Source of the DNA: Eledone cirrhosa
Taxonomy: Eukaryota
DNA: 64,000 bases
Direction: 5' to 3'
NCBI GenBank assembly: GCA_964016885.1
Contig: OZ024744.1
Span: 133,486,001-133,550,000 of the forward strand
Part shown: positions 11,251 through 24,100 of the stretch, in pieces
Layout of the letters: each line of letters opens with the position of its first letter
Position numbering within the stretch: the stretch's first letter is position 1
Notes under the pieces: model-generated
Databases searched by the model: none
Told to the model about the DNA's origin: nothing
What the model saw: the letters and a program-made list of their open reading frames with translations, nothing else
Position numbers and translations under genes: made by a program

Positions 11251-14200
11251 TTAAGTTAAGTTGGGGTTAATTTATGTTGGGGTTAAGTTAAGTTGGGGTT
11301 AAGTTAAGTTGGGGTTAAGTTAAGTTGGGGTTAAGTTAAATTGGGGTTGAGTTAAGTTGGGGTTGAGTTAATTTAGGGTTAAGTTAAGTTGGGGTTAAGT
11401 TAAGTTGGGTTTAAGTTAAGTTGGGGTTAAATTAAGTTGGGGTTAAGTTAACTTGGGGGTAAGTTAAGTTGGTGTTAAGTTAAGTTGGGGTTAAGTTAAG
11501 TTGGGGTTGAATTAAGTTGGGGTTAAGTTAAGTTGGGGTTAAGTTAAGTTGGGGTTAATTTAAATTGGGGTTTAGTTAAGTTGGGGTTAAGTTAAGTTGG
11601 GTTTATATTAAGTTGGGGTTAAGTTAAGTTGGGGTTAAGTCAAGTTGGGGTTCAGTTAAGTTGCGGTTAATTTAAGTTGGGGTTAAGTTAAGTTGGGGTT
11701 AAGTTAAGTTGGGGTTAAGTTAAGTTGGGGTTAAGTTAAGTTGGGGTTAAGTTAAGTTGGGGGAAAGTTAAGTTGGGGGTAAGTTAAGTTGGGGGTAAGT
11801 TAAGTTGGGGTTAAGTTAAGTTGGGGTTAAGTTAAGTTAGGGTTAAGTTAAGTTGGGGTTGAGTTAAGTTGGGGTTAAGTTAAGTTGGGGTTATGTTAAG
11901 TTGGGGTTAAGTTAAGTTGCGGTTAAGTTAAGTTGGGGTTAAGTTAAGTTGGGGTTAAGTTAAATTGGGGTTAAGTTAAGTTGCGGTTAAGTTAAGTTGG
12001 GGTTAAGTTAAGTTGGGGTTAATTTAAGTTGGGGTTAAGTTAAGTTGCGGGTGATTTAAGTTGGGGTTAAGTTAAGTTGGGGTTAAGTTAAGTTGGGGTT
12101 AAGTTAAGTTAGGGTTAAGTTAAGTTGGGGTTGAGTTAAGTTGGGGTTAAGTTAAGTTGGGGTTATGTTAAGTTGGGGTTAAGTTAAGTTGCGGTTAAGT
12201 TAAGTTGGGGTTAAGTTAAGTTGGGGTTAAATTAAGTTGGGGTTAAATTAAGTTGGGATTAAGTTAAGTTGGGGGTAAGTTAAGTTGGGGGCAAGTTAAG
12301 TTGGGGTTAAGTTAAGTTGGGGTTAAATTAAGTTGGGGTTAAGTTAAGTTGGGGTTAAGTTAAGTGGTGGTTATGTTAAGTTGGGGTTAAGTTAAGTTGG
12401 GGTTGAGTTAAGTTGGGGTTGAGTGAAGTTGGGGTTAAGTTAAGTTGGGGTTAATTTATGTTGGGGTTAAGTTAAGTCGGGGTTAAGTTAAGTTGGGGTT
12501 GAGTTAAGTTGGGGTTAATTTAAGTTTGGGTTAAGTTAAGTTGGGGTTAAGTTAAGGCGGGGTTAAGTTGAGTTGGGGTTAAGTTAAGTTGGGGTTAAGT
12601 TAAGTTGGGGTTGAGTTAATTTGGGGTTAACTTAAGTTGGGGGTACTTAAGTTGGGTTTAAGTTAAGTGGGGTTAAGTTAAGTTGGGGTTAAGTTAAGTT
12701 GGGGTTAAGTTAAGTTGGGGTTAAGTTATGTTGTGGTTAAGTTAAGTTGGGGGTAAGTTAAGTTGGGGGTAAGTTAAGTTGGGGTTAATTTAAGTTGGGT
12801 CTAATTAAGTTGGGGTTAAGTTAAGTTGGGGTTAAGTTAAGTTGGGGTTGAGTTAATTTGGGGTTAACTTAAGTTGGGGGTACTTAAGTTGGGTTTAAGT
12901 TAAGTGGGGTTAAGTTAAGTTGGGGTTAAGTTAAGTTGGGGTTAAGTTAAGTTGGGGGTAAGTTAAGTTGGGGGTAAGTTAAGTTGGGGTTAATTTAAGT
13001 TGGGTCAAATTAAGTTGGGGTTAAGTTAAGTTGGGGTTAAGTTAAGTTGGCGTTAAATTAAGTTGGGGTTAAGTTAAGTTGGGGTTAAATTAAGTTGGGG
13101 TTAAGTTAAGTTGGGGTTAAGTTAAGTTGGGGTTAAGTTAAGTTGGGGGTAAGTTAAGTTGGTGGTAATTTAAGTTGGGGGTAAGTTAAGATGGGGTAAG
13201 TTAAGTTGGGTTTAAGTTAATTTGGGGTTAAGTTAGGGTTAAGTTAAGTTGGGGTTGAGTTAAGTTGGGGTTAAGTTAAGTTGGGGTTATGTTAAATTGG
13301 AGTTAAGTTAAGTTGGGGTTAAGTTGAGTTGGGGTTCAGTTAAGTTGCGGTTGATTTAAGTTGGGGTTAAGTTAAGTTGGGGTTAAGTTAAGTTGGGGTT
13401 AAGTTAAGTTGGGGTTAATTTAAGTTGGGGTTAAGTTAAGTTGGGGTTAAGTTAAGTTGGGGTTAAGTTAGTTTGGGGTTAAGTTAAGTTGGGGTTAAAT
13501 TAAGTTGGGGTTAAGTTAAGTTGGGGTTAAGTTAAGTTGGGGTTGAGTTAAGTTGGGGTTGAGTTAATTTGGGGTTGACTTAAGTTGGGGGTACTTAAGT
13601 AGGATTTAAGTTAAGTGGGGTTAAGTTAGGTTGTGGTTAAGTTAAGTTGGGGGTAAGTTAAGTTGGGGGTAAGTTAAGTTGGGGTTAATTTAAGTTGGGT
13701 CTAATTAAGTTGGGGTTAAGTTAAGTTGGGGTTAAGTTAAGTTGGGGTTAAATTAAGTTGGGGTTAAGTTAAGTTGAGGTTAAATTAAGTTGGGGTTAAG
13801 TTAAGTTGGGGTTAAGTTAAGTTGGGGTTAAGTTAAGTTGGGGTCAAGTTAAGTGGTGGTTATGTTAAGTTGGGGTTAAGTTAAGTTGGGGTTGAGTTAA
13901 GTTGGGGTTGAGTTAAGTTGGGGTTGAGTTAAGTTGGGGTTGAGTGAAGTTGGGGTTAAGTTAAGTTGGGGTTAATTTATGTTGGGGTTAAGTTAAGTTG
14001 GGGTTAAGTTAAGTTGGGGTTAAGTTAAGTTGGGGTTAAGTTAAATTGGGGTTGAGTTAAGTTGGGGTTGAGTTAATTTAGGGTTAAGTTAAGTTGGGGT
14101 TAAGTTAAGTTGGGTTTAAGTTAAGTTGGGGTTAAATTAAGTTGGGGTTAAGTTAAGTTGGGGGTAAGTTAAGTTGGTGTTAAGTTAAGTTGGGGTTAAG

Positions 14201-17200
14201 TTAAGTTGGGGTTGAATTAAGTTGGGGTTAAGTTAAGTTGGGGTTAAGTTAAGTTGGGGTTAATTTAAATTGGGGTTTAGTTAAGTTGGGGTTAAGTTAA
14301 GTTGGGTTTATATTAAGTTGGGGTAAAGTTAAGTTGGGGTTAAGTCAAGTTGGGGTTCAGTTAAGTTGCGGTTAATTTAAGTTGGGGTTAAGTTAAGTTG
14401 GGGTTAAGTTAAGTTGGGGTTAAGTTAAGTTGGGGTTAAGTTAAGTTGGGGTTAAGTTAAGTTGGGGGAAAGTTAAGTTGGGGGTAAGTTAAGTTGGGGG
14501 TAAGTTAAGTTGGGGTTAAGTTAAGTTGGGGTTAAGTTAAGTTAGGGTTAAGTTAAGTTGGGGTTGAGTTAAGTTGGGGTTAAGTTAAGTTGGGGTTATG
14601 TTAAGTTGGGGTTAAGTTAAGTTGCGGTTAAGTTAAGTTGGGGTTAAGTTAAGTTGGGGTTAAGTTAAATTGGGGTTAAGTTAAGTTGCGGTTAAGTTAA
14701 GTTGGGGTTAAGTTAAGTTGGGGTTAATTTAAGTTGGGGTTAAGTTAAGTTGCGGGTGATTTAAGTTGGGGTTAAGTTAAGTTGGGGTTAAGTTAAGTTG
14801 GGGTTAAGTTAAGTTAGGGTTAAGTTAAGTTGGGGTTGAGTTAAGTTGGGGTTAAGTTAAGTTGGGGTTATGTTAAGTTGGGGTTAAGTTAAGTTGCGGT
14901 TAAGTTAAGTTGGGGTTAAGTTAAGTTGGGGTTAAGTTAAATTGGGGTTAAGTTAAGTTGGGGTTAAGTTAAGTTGGGGTTAAGTTAAGTTGGGGTTAAG
15001 TTAGATTGTGGTTAAGTTAACTTGGGGTTAAGTTAAGTTGGGGTTAAGTTAAGTTGGGGTTAAGTTGAGGCGGGGTTAAGTTGAGTTGGGGTTAAGTTAA
15101 GTTGGGGTTAAGTTAAGTTCGGGTTAACTTAAGTTGGGGGTACTTAAGTTGGGTTTAAGTTAAGTGGGGTTAAGTTAAGTTGGGGTTAAGTTATGTTGGG
15201 GTTAAGTTAAGTTGGGGTTAAGTTAGGTTGTGGTTAAGTTAAGTTGGGGGTAAGTTAAGTTGGGGGTAAGTTAAGTTGGGGTTAATTTAAGTTGGGTCTA
15301 ATTAAGTTGGGGTTAAGTTAAGTTGGGGTTAAGTTAAGTTGGGGTTGAGTTAATTTGGGGTTAACTTAAGTTGGGGGTACTTAAGTTGGGTTTAAGTTAA
15401 GTTGGGTTAAGTTAAGTTGGGGTTAAGTTAAGTTGGGGTTAAGTTAAGTTGGGGGTAAGTTAAGTTGGGGGTAAGTTAAGTTGGGGTTAATTTAAGTTGG
15501 GTCAAATTAAGTTGGGGTTAATTTAAGTTGGGGTTAAGTTAAGTTGGGGTTAAATTAAGTTGGGGTTAAGTTAAGTTGGGGTTAAATTAAGTTGGGGTTA
15601 AGTTAAGTTGGGGTTAAGTTAAGTGGGGGTTAAGTTAAGTTGGGGTTGAGTTAAGTTGGGGTTAAGTTAAGTTGGGATTAAGTTAAGTTGGGGTTAAGTT
15701 AAGTTGGGGTTAAGTTAAGTTGGGGTTTAGTTAAGTTGGGGTTCAGTTAAGTTGGGGTTAAGTTAAGTTTGGGTTAAGTTGGGGTTAAATTAATTTGGGG
15801 TTAAGTTAATTTGGGGTTTAGTTAAGTTAGGGTTAAGTTAAGTTGGGGTTAATTTAAGTTGGGGTTAAGTTAAGTTGCGGGTGATTTAAGTTGGGGTTAA
15901 GTTAAGTTGGGGTTAAGTTAAGTTGGGGTTAAGTTGGGGTTAAGTTAAGTTGGGGGAAAGTTAAGTTGGGGGTAAGTTAATTTGGGGGTAAGTTAAGTTG
16001 GGGTTAAGCTAAGTTGGGGTTAAGTTAAGTTAGGGTTAAGTTGGGGTTGAGTTAAGTTGGGGTTAAGTTAAGTTGGGGTTATGTTAAGTTGGGGTTAAGT
16101 TAAGTTGCGGTTAAGTTAAGTTGGGGTTAAGTTAAGTTGGGGTTAAGTTAAATTGGGGTTAAGTTAAGTTGGGGTTAAGTTAAGTTGGGGTTAAGTTAAG
16201 TTGGGGTTAAGTTAGATTGTGGTTAAGTTAAGTTGGGGTTAAGTTAAGTTGGGGTTAAGTTAAGTTGGGGTTAAGTTAAGGCGGGGTTAAGTTGAGTTGG
16301 GGTTAAGTTAAGTTGGGGTTAAGTAAAGTTGGGGTTAAGTTAAGTTGTGGTTAAGTTAAGTTGGGGTTAAGTTAAGTTGGGGTTAAATTAAGTTGGGGTT
16401 AAATTAAGTTGGGGTTAAGTTAAGTTGGGGGTAAGTTAAGTTGGGGGCAAGTTAAGTTGGGGTTAAGTTAAGTTGGGGTTAAATTAAGTTGGGGTTAAGT
16501 TAAGTTGGGGTTAAGTTAAGTTGCGGTTAAGTTAAGTTGGGGTTAACTTAAGTTGGGGGTACTTAAGTTGGGTTTAAGTTAAGTGGGGTTAAGTTAAGTT
16601 GGGGTTAAGTTAAGTAGGGGTTAAGTTAAGTTGGGGTTAAGTTAGGTTGTGGTTAAGTTAAGTTGGGGGTAAGTTAAGTTGGGGTTAAGTTAAGTTGGGG
16701 TTAATTTATGTTGGGGTTAAGTTAAGTTGGGGTTAAGTTAAGTTGGGGTTAAGTTAAGTTGGGGTTAAGTTAAATTGGGGTTGAGTTAAGTTGGGGTTGA
16801 GTTAATTTAGGGTTAAGTTAAGTTGGGGTTAAGTTAAGTTGGGTTTAAGTTAAGTTGGGGTTAAATTAAGTTGGGGTTAAGTTAAGTTGGGGGTAAGTTA
16901 AGTTGGTGTTAAGTTAAGTTGGGGTTAAGTTAAGTTGGGGTTGAATTAAGTTGGGGTTAAGTTAAGTTGGGGTTAAGTTAAGTTGGGGTTAATTTAAATT
17001 GGGGTTTAGTTAAGTTGGGGTTAAGTTAAGTTGGGTTTATATTAAGTTGGGGTTAAGTTAAGTTGGGGTTAAGTCAAGTTGGGGTTCAGTTAAGTTGCGG
17101 TTAATTTAAGTTGGGGTTAAGTTAAGTTGGGGTTAAGTTAAGTTGGGGTTAAGTTAAGTTGGGGTTAAGTTAAGTTGGGGTTAAGTTAAGTTGGGGGAAA

Positions 17201-17664
17201 GTTAAGTTGGGGGTAAGTTAAGTTGGGGGTAAGTTAAGTTGGGGTTAAGTTAAGTTGGGGTTAAGTTAAGTTAGGGTTAAGTTAAGTTGGGGTTGAGTTA
17301 AGTTGGGGTTAAGTTAAGTTGGGGTTATGTTAAGTTGGGGTTAAGTTAAGTTGCGGTTAAGTTAAGTTGGGGTTAAGTTAAGTTGGGGTTAAGTTAAATT
17401 GGGGTTAAGTTAAGTTGCGGTTAAGTTAAGTTGGGGTTAAGTTAAGTTGGGGTTAATTTAAGTTGGGGTTAAGTTAAGTTGCGGGTGATTTAAGTTGGGG
17501 TTAAGTTAAGTTGGGGTTAAGTTAAGTTGGGGTTAAGTTAAGTTAGGGTTAAGTTAAGTTGGGGTTGAGTTAAGTTGGGGTTAAGTTAAGTTGGGGTTAT
17601 GTTAAGTTGGGGTTAAGTTAAGTTGCGGTTAAGTTAAGTTGGGGTTAAGTTAAGTTGGGGTTAA
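6770..17664 (+). repeat. Tandem duplication of a 5434-bp block (~6770-12230 followed by ~12204-17664)
   Basis: Offset 5434 for GGGGGCAAG (C 6858/12292), TAGGATTT (8168/13602), TTGAGGCGGGG (9631/15065) and GGGTTTATATT (8870/14304 and 11599/17033). Confidence 0.9.
8506..12230 (+). repeat. 2729-bp period duplication: ~8506-9501 recopied at ~11235-12230; same junction repeated at ~16670
   Basis: Offset 2729 for TTTATG (8542/11271), GGGTTTATATT (8870/11599; 14304/17033) and TTGAGGCGGGG (15065/17794). Confidence 0.85.
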
Positions 17665-20600
17665 GTTAAATTGGGGTTAAGTTAAGTTGGGGTTAAGTTA
17701 AGTTGGGGTTAAGTTAAGTTGGGGTTAAGTTAGATTGTGGTTAAGTTAACTTGGGGTTAAGTTAAGTTGGGGTTAAGTTAAGTTGGGGTTAAGTTGAGGC
17801 GGGGTTAAGTTGAGTTGGGGTTAAGTTAAGTTGGGGTTAAGTTAAGTTCGGGTTAACTTAAGTTGGGGGTACTTAAGTTGGGTTTAAGTTAAGTGGGGTT
17901 AAGTTAAGTTGGGGTTAAGTTATGTTGGGGTTAAGTTAAGTTGGGGTTAAGTTAGGTTGTGGTTAAGTTAAGTTGGGGGTAAGTTAAGTTGGGGGTAAGT
18001 TAAGTTGGGGTTAATTTAAGTTGGGTCTAATTAAGTTGGGGTTAAGTTAAGTTGGGGTTAAGTTAAGTTGGAGTTGAGTTAATTTGGGGTTAACTTAAGT
18101 TGGGGGTACTTAAGTTGGGTTTAAGTTAAGTTGGGTTAAGTTAAGTTGGGGTTAAGTTAAGTTGGGGTTAAGTTAAGTTGGGGGTAAGTTAAGTTGGGGG
18201 TAAGTTAAGTTGGGGTTAATTTAAGTTGGGTCAAATTAAGTTGGGGTTAATTTAAGTTGGGGTTAAGTTAAGTTGGGGTTAAATTAAGTTGGGGTTAAGT
18301 TAAGTTGGGGTTAAATTAAGTTGGGGTTAAGTTAAGTTGGGGTTAAGTTAAGTGGGGGTTAAGTTAAGTTGGGGTTGAGTTAAGTTGGGGTTAAGTTAAG
18401 TTGGGATTAAGTTAAGTTGGGGTTAAGTTAAGTTGGGGTTAAGTTAAGTTGGGGTTTAGTTAAGTTGGGGTTCAGTTAAGTTGGGGTTAAGTTAAGTTTG
18501 GGTTAAGTTGGGGTTAAATTAATTTGGGGTTAAGTTAATTTGGGGTTTAGTTAAGTTAGGGTTAAGTTAAGTTGGGGTTAATTTAAGTTGGGGTTAAGTT
18601 AAGTTGCGGGTGATTTAAGTTGGGGTTAAGTTAAGTTGGGGTTAAGTTAAGTTGGGGTTAAGTTGGGGTTAAGTTAAGTTGGGGGAAAGTTAAGTTGGGG
18701 GTAAGTTAATTTGGGGGTAAGTTAAGTTGGGGTTAAGCTAAGTTGGGGTTAAGTTAAGTTAGGGTTAAGTTGGGGTTGAGTTAAGTTGGGGTTAAGTTAA
18801 GTTGGGGTTATGTTAAGTTGGGGTTAAGTTAAGTTGCGGTTAAGTTAAGTTGGGGTTAAGTTAAGTTGGGGTTAAGTTAAATTGGGGTTAAGTTAAGTTG
18901 GGGTTAAGTTAAGTTGGGGTTAAGTTAAGTTGGGGTTAAGTTAGATTGTGGTTAAGTTAAGTTGGGGTTAAGTTAAGTTGGGGTTAAGTTAAGTTGGGGT
19001 TAAGTTAAGGCGGGGTTAAGTTGAGTTGGGGTTAAGTTAAGTTGGGGTTAAGTAAAGTTGGGGTTAAGTTAAGTTGTGGTTAAGTTAAGTTGGGGTTAAG
19101 TTAAGTTGGGGTTAAATTAAGTTGGGGTTAAATTAAGTTGGGGTTAAGTTAAGTTGGGGGTAAGTTAAGTTGGGGGCAAGTTAAGTTGGGGTTAAGTTAA
19201 GTTGGGGTTAAATTAAGTTGGGGTTAAGTTAAGTTGGGGTTAAGTTAAGTTGCGGTTAAGTTAAGTTGGGGTTAACTTAAGTTGGGGGTACTTAAGTTGG
19301 GTTTAAGTTAAGTGGGGTTAAGTTAAGTTGGGGTTAAGTTAAGTAGGGGTTAAGTTAAGTTGGGGTTAAGTTAGGTTGTGGTTAAGTTAAGTTGGGGGTA
19401 AGTTAAGTTGGGGGTAAGTTAAGTTGGGGTTAATTTAAGTTGGGTCTAATTAAGTTGGGGTTAAGTTAAGTTGGGGTTAAGTTTAGTTGGGGTTGAGTTA
19501 ATTTGGGGTTAACTTAAGTTGGGGGTACTTAAGTTGGGTTTAAGTTAAGTGGGGTTAAGTTAAGTTGGGGTTAAGTTAAGTTGGGGTTAAGTTAAGTTGG
19601 GGGTAAGTTAAGTTGGGGGTAAGTTAAGTTGGGTCAAATTAAGTTGGGGTTAATTTAAGTTGGGGTTAAGCTAAGTTGGGGTTAAATTAAGTTGGGGTTA
19701 AGTTAAGTTGGGGGTAAGTTAAGTTGGTGGTAAGTTAAGTTGTGGGTAAGTTAAGATGGGGTTAAGTTAAGTTGGGGTTAAGTTAATTTGGGGTTAAGTT
19801 AAGTTGGGGGTAAGTTAAGTTGGTGGTAAGTTAAGTTGTGGGTAAGTTAAGATGGGGTTAAGTTAAGTTGGGGTTAAGTTAATTTGGGGTTAAGTTAGGG
19901 TTAAGTTAAGTTGGGTAGAGTTAAGTTGGGGTTAAATTAAGTTGGGGTTAAGTTAAGTTGGGGTTAAGTTAAGTTGGGGTTAAGTTAGGTTGTGGTTAAG
20001 TTAAGTTGGGGGTAAGTTAAGTTGGGGGTAAGTTAAGTTGGGGTTTATTTAAGTTGGGTCTAATTAAGTTGGGGTTAAGTTAAGTTGGGGTTAAGTTAAG
20101 TTGGGGTTAAATTAAGTTGGGGTTAAGTTAAGTTGAGGTTAAATTAAGTTGGGGTTAAGTTAAGTTGGGGTTAAGTTAAGTTGGGGTTAAGTTAAGTTGG
20201 GGTTAAATTAAGTTGGGGTTAAATTAAGTTGGGGTTAAGTTAAGTTGGGGGTAAGTTAAGTTGGGGGCAAGTTAAGTTGGGGTTAAGTTAAGTTGGGGTT
20301 AAATTAAGTTGGGGTTAAGTTAAGTTGGGGTTAAGTTAAGTGGTGGTTATGTTAAGTTGGGGTTAAGTTAAGTTGGGGTTGAGTTAAGTTGGGGTTGAGT
20401 GAAGTTGGGGTTAAGTTAAGTTGGGGTTAATTTATGTTGGGGTTAAGTTAAGTCGGGGTTAAGTTAAGTTGGGGTTGAGTTAAGTTGGGGTTAATTTAAG
20501 TTGGGGCTAAGTTAATTTGTGGTTAAGTTAAGTTGGGGTTAAGTTAAGTTGGGGTTAAGTTAAGTTGGGGTTGAGTTAAGTTGGGGTTGAGTTAATTTAG

Positions 20601-21159
20601 GGTTAAGTTAAGTTGGGGTTAAGTTAAGTTGGGTTTAAGTTAAGTTGGGGTTAAATTAAGTTGGGGTTAAGTTAAGTTGGGGGTAAGTTAAGTTGGGGGC
20701 AAGTTAAGTTGGGGTTAAGTTAAGTTGGGGTTAAATTAAGTTGGGGTTAAGTTAAGTTGCGGTTAAGTTAAGTTGGGGTTAACTTAAGTTGGAGGTACTT
20801 AAGTTGGGTTTAAGTTAAGTGGGGTTAAGTTAAGTTGGGGTTAAGTTAAGTTGGGGTTAAGTTAAGTTGGGGTTAAGTTAGGTTGTGGTTAAGTTAAGTT
20901 GGGGGTAAGTTAAGTTGGGGGTAAGTTAAGTTGGGGTTAATTTAAGTTGGGTCTAATTAAGTTGGGGTTAAGTTAAGTTGGGGTTAAGTTAAGTTGGGGT
21001 TGAGTTAATTTGGGGTTAACTTAAGTTGGGGGTACTTAAGTTGGGTTTAAGTTAAGTGGGGTTAAGTTAAGTTGGGGTTAAGTTAAGTTGGGGTTAAGTT
21101 AAGTTGGGGGTAAGTTAAGTTGGGGGTAAGTTAAGTTGGGGTTAATTTAAGTTGGGTCA

Positions 21160-24100
21160 TATTAAGTTGGGGTTAATTTAAGTTGGGGTTAAGTTAAGTT
21201 GGGGTTAAATTAAGTTGGGGTTAAGTTAAGTTGGGGTTAAATTAAGTTGGGGTTAAGTTAAGTTGGGGTTAAGTTAAGTTGGGGTTAAGTTAAGTTGGGG
21301 GTAAGTTAAGTTGGTGGTAAGTTAAGATGGGGGTAAGTTAAGATGGGGTTAAGTTAAGTTGGGGTTAAGTTAATTTGGGGTTAAGTTAGGGTTAAGTTAA
21401 GTTGGGTTGAGTTAAGTTGGGGTTAAATTAAGTTGGGGTTAAGTTAAGTTGGGGTTAAGTTAAGTTGGGGTTAAGTTAAGTTGGGGTTAAGTTAAGTTGG
21501 GGTTAAGTTAGGTTGTGGTTAAGTTAAGTTGGGGGTAAGTTAAGTTGGGGGTAAGTTAAGTTGGGGTTTATTTAAGTTGGGTCTAATTAAGTTGGAGTTA
21601 AGTTAAGTTGGGGTTAAGTTAAGTTGGGGTTAAATTAAGTTGGGGTTAAGTTAAGTTGAGGTTAAATTAAGTTGGGGTTAAGTTAAGTTGGGGTTAAGTT
21701 AAGTTGGGGTTAAGTTAAGTTGGGGTTAAATTAAGTTGGGGTTAAATTAAGTTGGGGTTAAGTTAAGTTGGGGGTAAGTTAAGTTGGGGGCAAGTTAAGT
21801 TGGGGTTAAGTTAAGTTGGGGTTAAATTAAGTTGGGGTTAAGTTAAGTTGGGGTTAAGTTAAGTGGTGGTTATGTTAAGTTGGGGTTAAGTTAAGTTGGG
21901 GTTGAGTTAAGTTGGGGTTGAGTGAAGTTGGGGTTAAGTTAAGTTGCGGTTAATTTATGTTGGGGTTAAGTTAAGTCGGGGTTAAGTTAAGTTGGGGTTG
22001 AGTTAAGTTGGGGTTAATTTAAGTTGGGGCTAAGTTAATTTGTGGTTAAGTTAAGTTGGGGTTAAGTTAAGTTGGGGTTAAGTTAAGTTGGGGTTGAGTT
22101 AAGTTGGGGTTGAGTTAAATTAGGGTTAAGTTAAGTTGGGGTTAAGTTAAGTTGGGTTTAAGTTAAGTTGGGGTTAAATTAAGTTGGGGTTAAGTTAAGT
22201 TGGGGGTAAGTTAAGTTGGGGGCAAGTTAAGTTGGGGTTAAGTTAAGTTGGGGTTGAATTAAGTTGGGGTTAAGTTAAGTTGGTGTTAACTTAAGTTGGG
22301 GTTTATTTAAGTTGGGGTTAATTAAGTTGAGGTTAAGTTAAGTTGGGGTTAAGTTAAGTTGGGGTTAATTTAAGTTGGGGTTTAGGTAAGTTGGGGTTAA
22401 GTTAAGTTGGGTTTATATTAAGTTGGGGTTAATTTAAGTTGGGGTTAAGTTAAGTTGGGGTTCAGTTAAGTTGCGGTTAATTTAAGTTGGGGTTAAGTTA
22501 AGTTGGGGTTAAGTTAAGTTGGGGTTAAATTAAGTTGGGGTTAAGTTAAGTTGGTGTTAAGTTAAGTTGGGGCTAAGTTAAGTTGGGGCTGAATTAAGTT
22601 GGGGCTGAGTTAAGTTGGGGTTAAGTTAAGTTGGGGTGAGTTAAGTTGGGGTTAAGTTAAGTTGGGGTTAAGTTAAGTTGGGGTTAAGTTAAGTTGGGGT
22701 TTAGTTAAGTTGGGGTTCAGTTAAGTTGGGGTTAAGTTAAGTTTGGGTTAAGTTGGGGTTAAATTAATTTGGGGTTAAGTTAAGTTGGGGTTTAGTTAAG
22801 TTGGGGTTAAGTTAAGTTGGGGTTAATTTAAGTTGGGGTTAAGTTAAGTTGCGGGTGATTTAAGTTGGGGTTAAGTTAAGTTGGGGTTAAGTTAAGTTGG
22901 GGTTCAGTTAAGTTGGGGTTAAGTTAAGTTGGGGGAAAGTTATGTTGGGGGTAAGTTAAGTTGGGGGTAAGTTAAGTTGGGGTTAAGTTAAGTTGGGGTT
23001 AAGTTAAGTTAGGGTTAAGTTAAGTTGGGGTTGAGTTAAGTTGGGGTTAAGTTAAGTTGGGGTTATGTTAAGTTGGGGTTAAGTTAAGTTGCGGTTAAGT
23101 TAAGTTGGGGTTAAGTTAAGTTGGGGTTAAGTTAAATTGGGGTTAAGTTAAGTTGGGGTTAAGTTAAGTTGGGGTTAAGTTAAGTTGGGGTTAAGTTAAG
23201 GCGGGGTTAAGTTGAGTTGGGGTTAAGTTAAGTTGGGGTTAAGTTAAGTTGGGGTTAAGTTAAGTTGGGGTTAAGTTAAGTTGGGGTTAAGTTAAGTTGG
23301 GGTTTAGTTAAGTTGGGGTTCAGTTAAGTTGGGGTTAAGTTAAGTTTGGGTTAAGTTGGGGTTAAATTAATTTGGGGTTAAGTTAAGTTGGGGTTTAGTT
23401 AAGTTAGGGTTAAGTTAAGTTGGGGTTAATTTAAGTTGGGGTTAAGTTAAGTTGCGGGTGATTTAATTGGGGTTAAGTTAAGTTGGGGTTAAGTTAAGTT
23501 GGGGTTAAGTTAAGTTGGGGTTAAGTTAAGTTGGGGTTAAGTTAAGTTGGGGGTAAGTTAAGTTGGGGGTAAGTTAAGTTGGGGTTAAGTTAAGTTGGGG
23601 TTAAGTTAACTTAGGGTTAAGTTGGGGTTGAGTTAAGTTGGGGTTAAGTTAAGTTGGGGTTATGTTAAGGTGGGGTTAAGTTAAGTTGCGGTTAAGTTAA
23701 GTTGGGGTTAAGTTAAGTTGGGGTTAAGTTAAATTGGGGTTAAGTTAAGTTGGGGTTAAGTTAAGTTGGGGTTAAGTTAAGTTGGGGTTAAGTTAGATTG
23801 TGGTTAAGTTAAGTTGGGGTTAAGTTAAGTTGGGGTTAAGTTAAGTTGGGGTTAAGTTAAGGCGGGGTTAAGTTGAGTTGGGGTTAAGTTAAGTTGGGGT
23901 TAAGTTAAGTTGGGGTTAACTTAAGTTGGGGGTACTTAAGTTGGGTTTAAGTTAAGTGGGGTTAAGTTAAGTTGGGGTTAAGTTAAGTTGGGGTTAAGTT
24001 AAGTTGGGGTTAAGTTAGGTTGTGGTTAAGTTAAGTTGGGGGTAAGTTAAGTTGGGGTTAATTTAAGTTGGGTCTAATTAAGTTGGGGTTAAGTTAAGTT

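Larger units (their letters stand above)
3270..20502 (+). repeat. Dispersed direct duplication of about 3.8 kb: ~3270-7092 copied at ~16680-20502 (offset 13410)
   Basis: Offset 13410 for TAAATTGGGGTTGAG (3361/16771), AAGTTGAGGC (4381/17791) and the otherwise unseen TTGGGTAGAG (6501/19911). The copies diverge at ~7092/20502. Confidence 0.9.
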
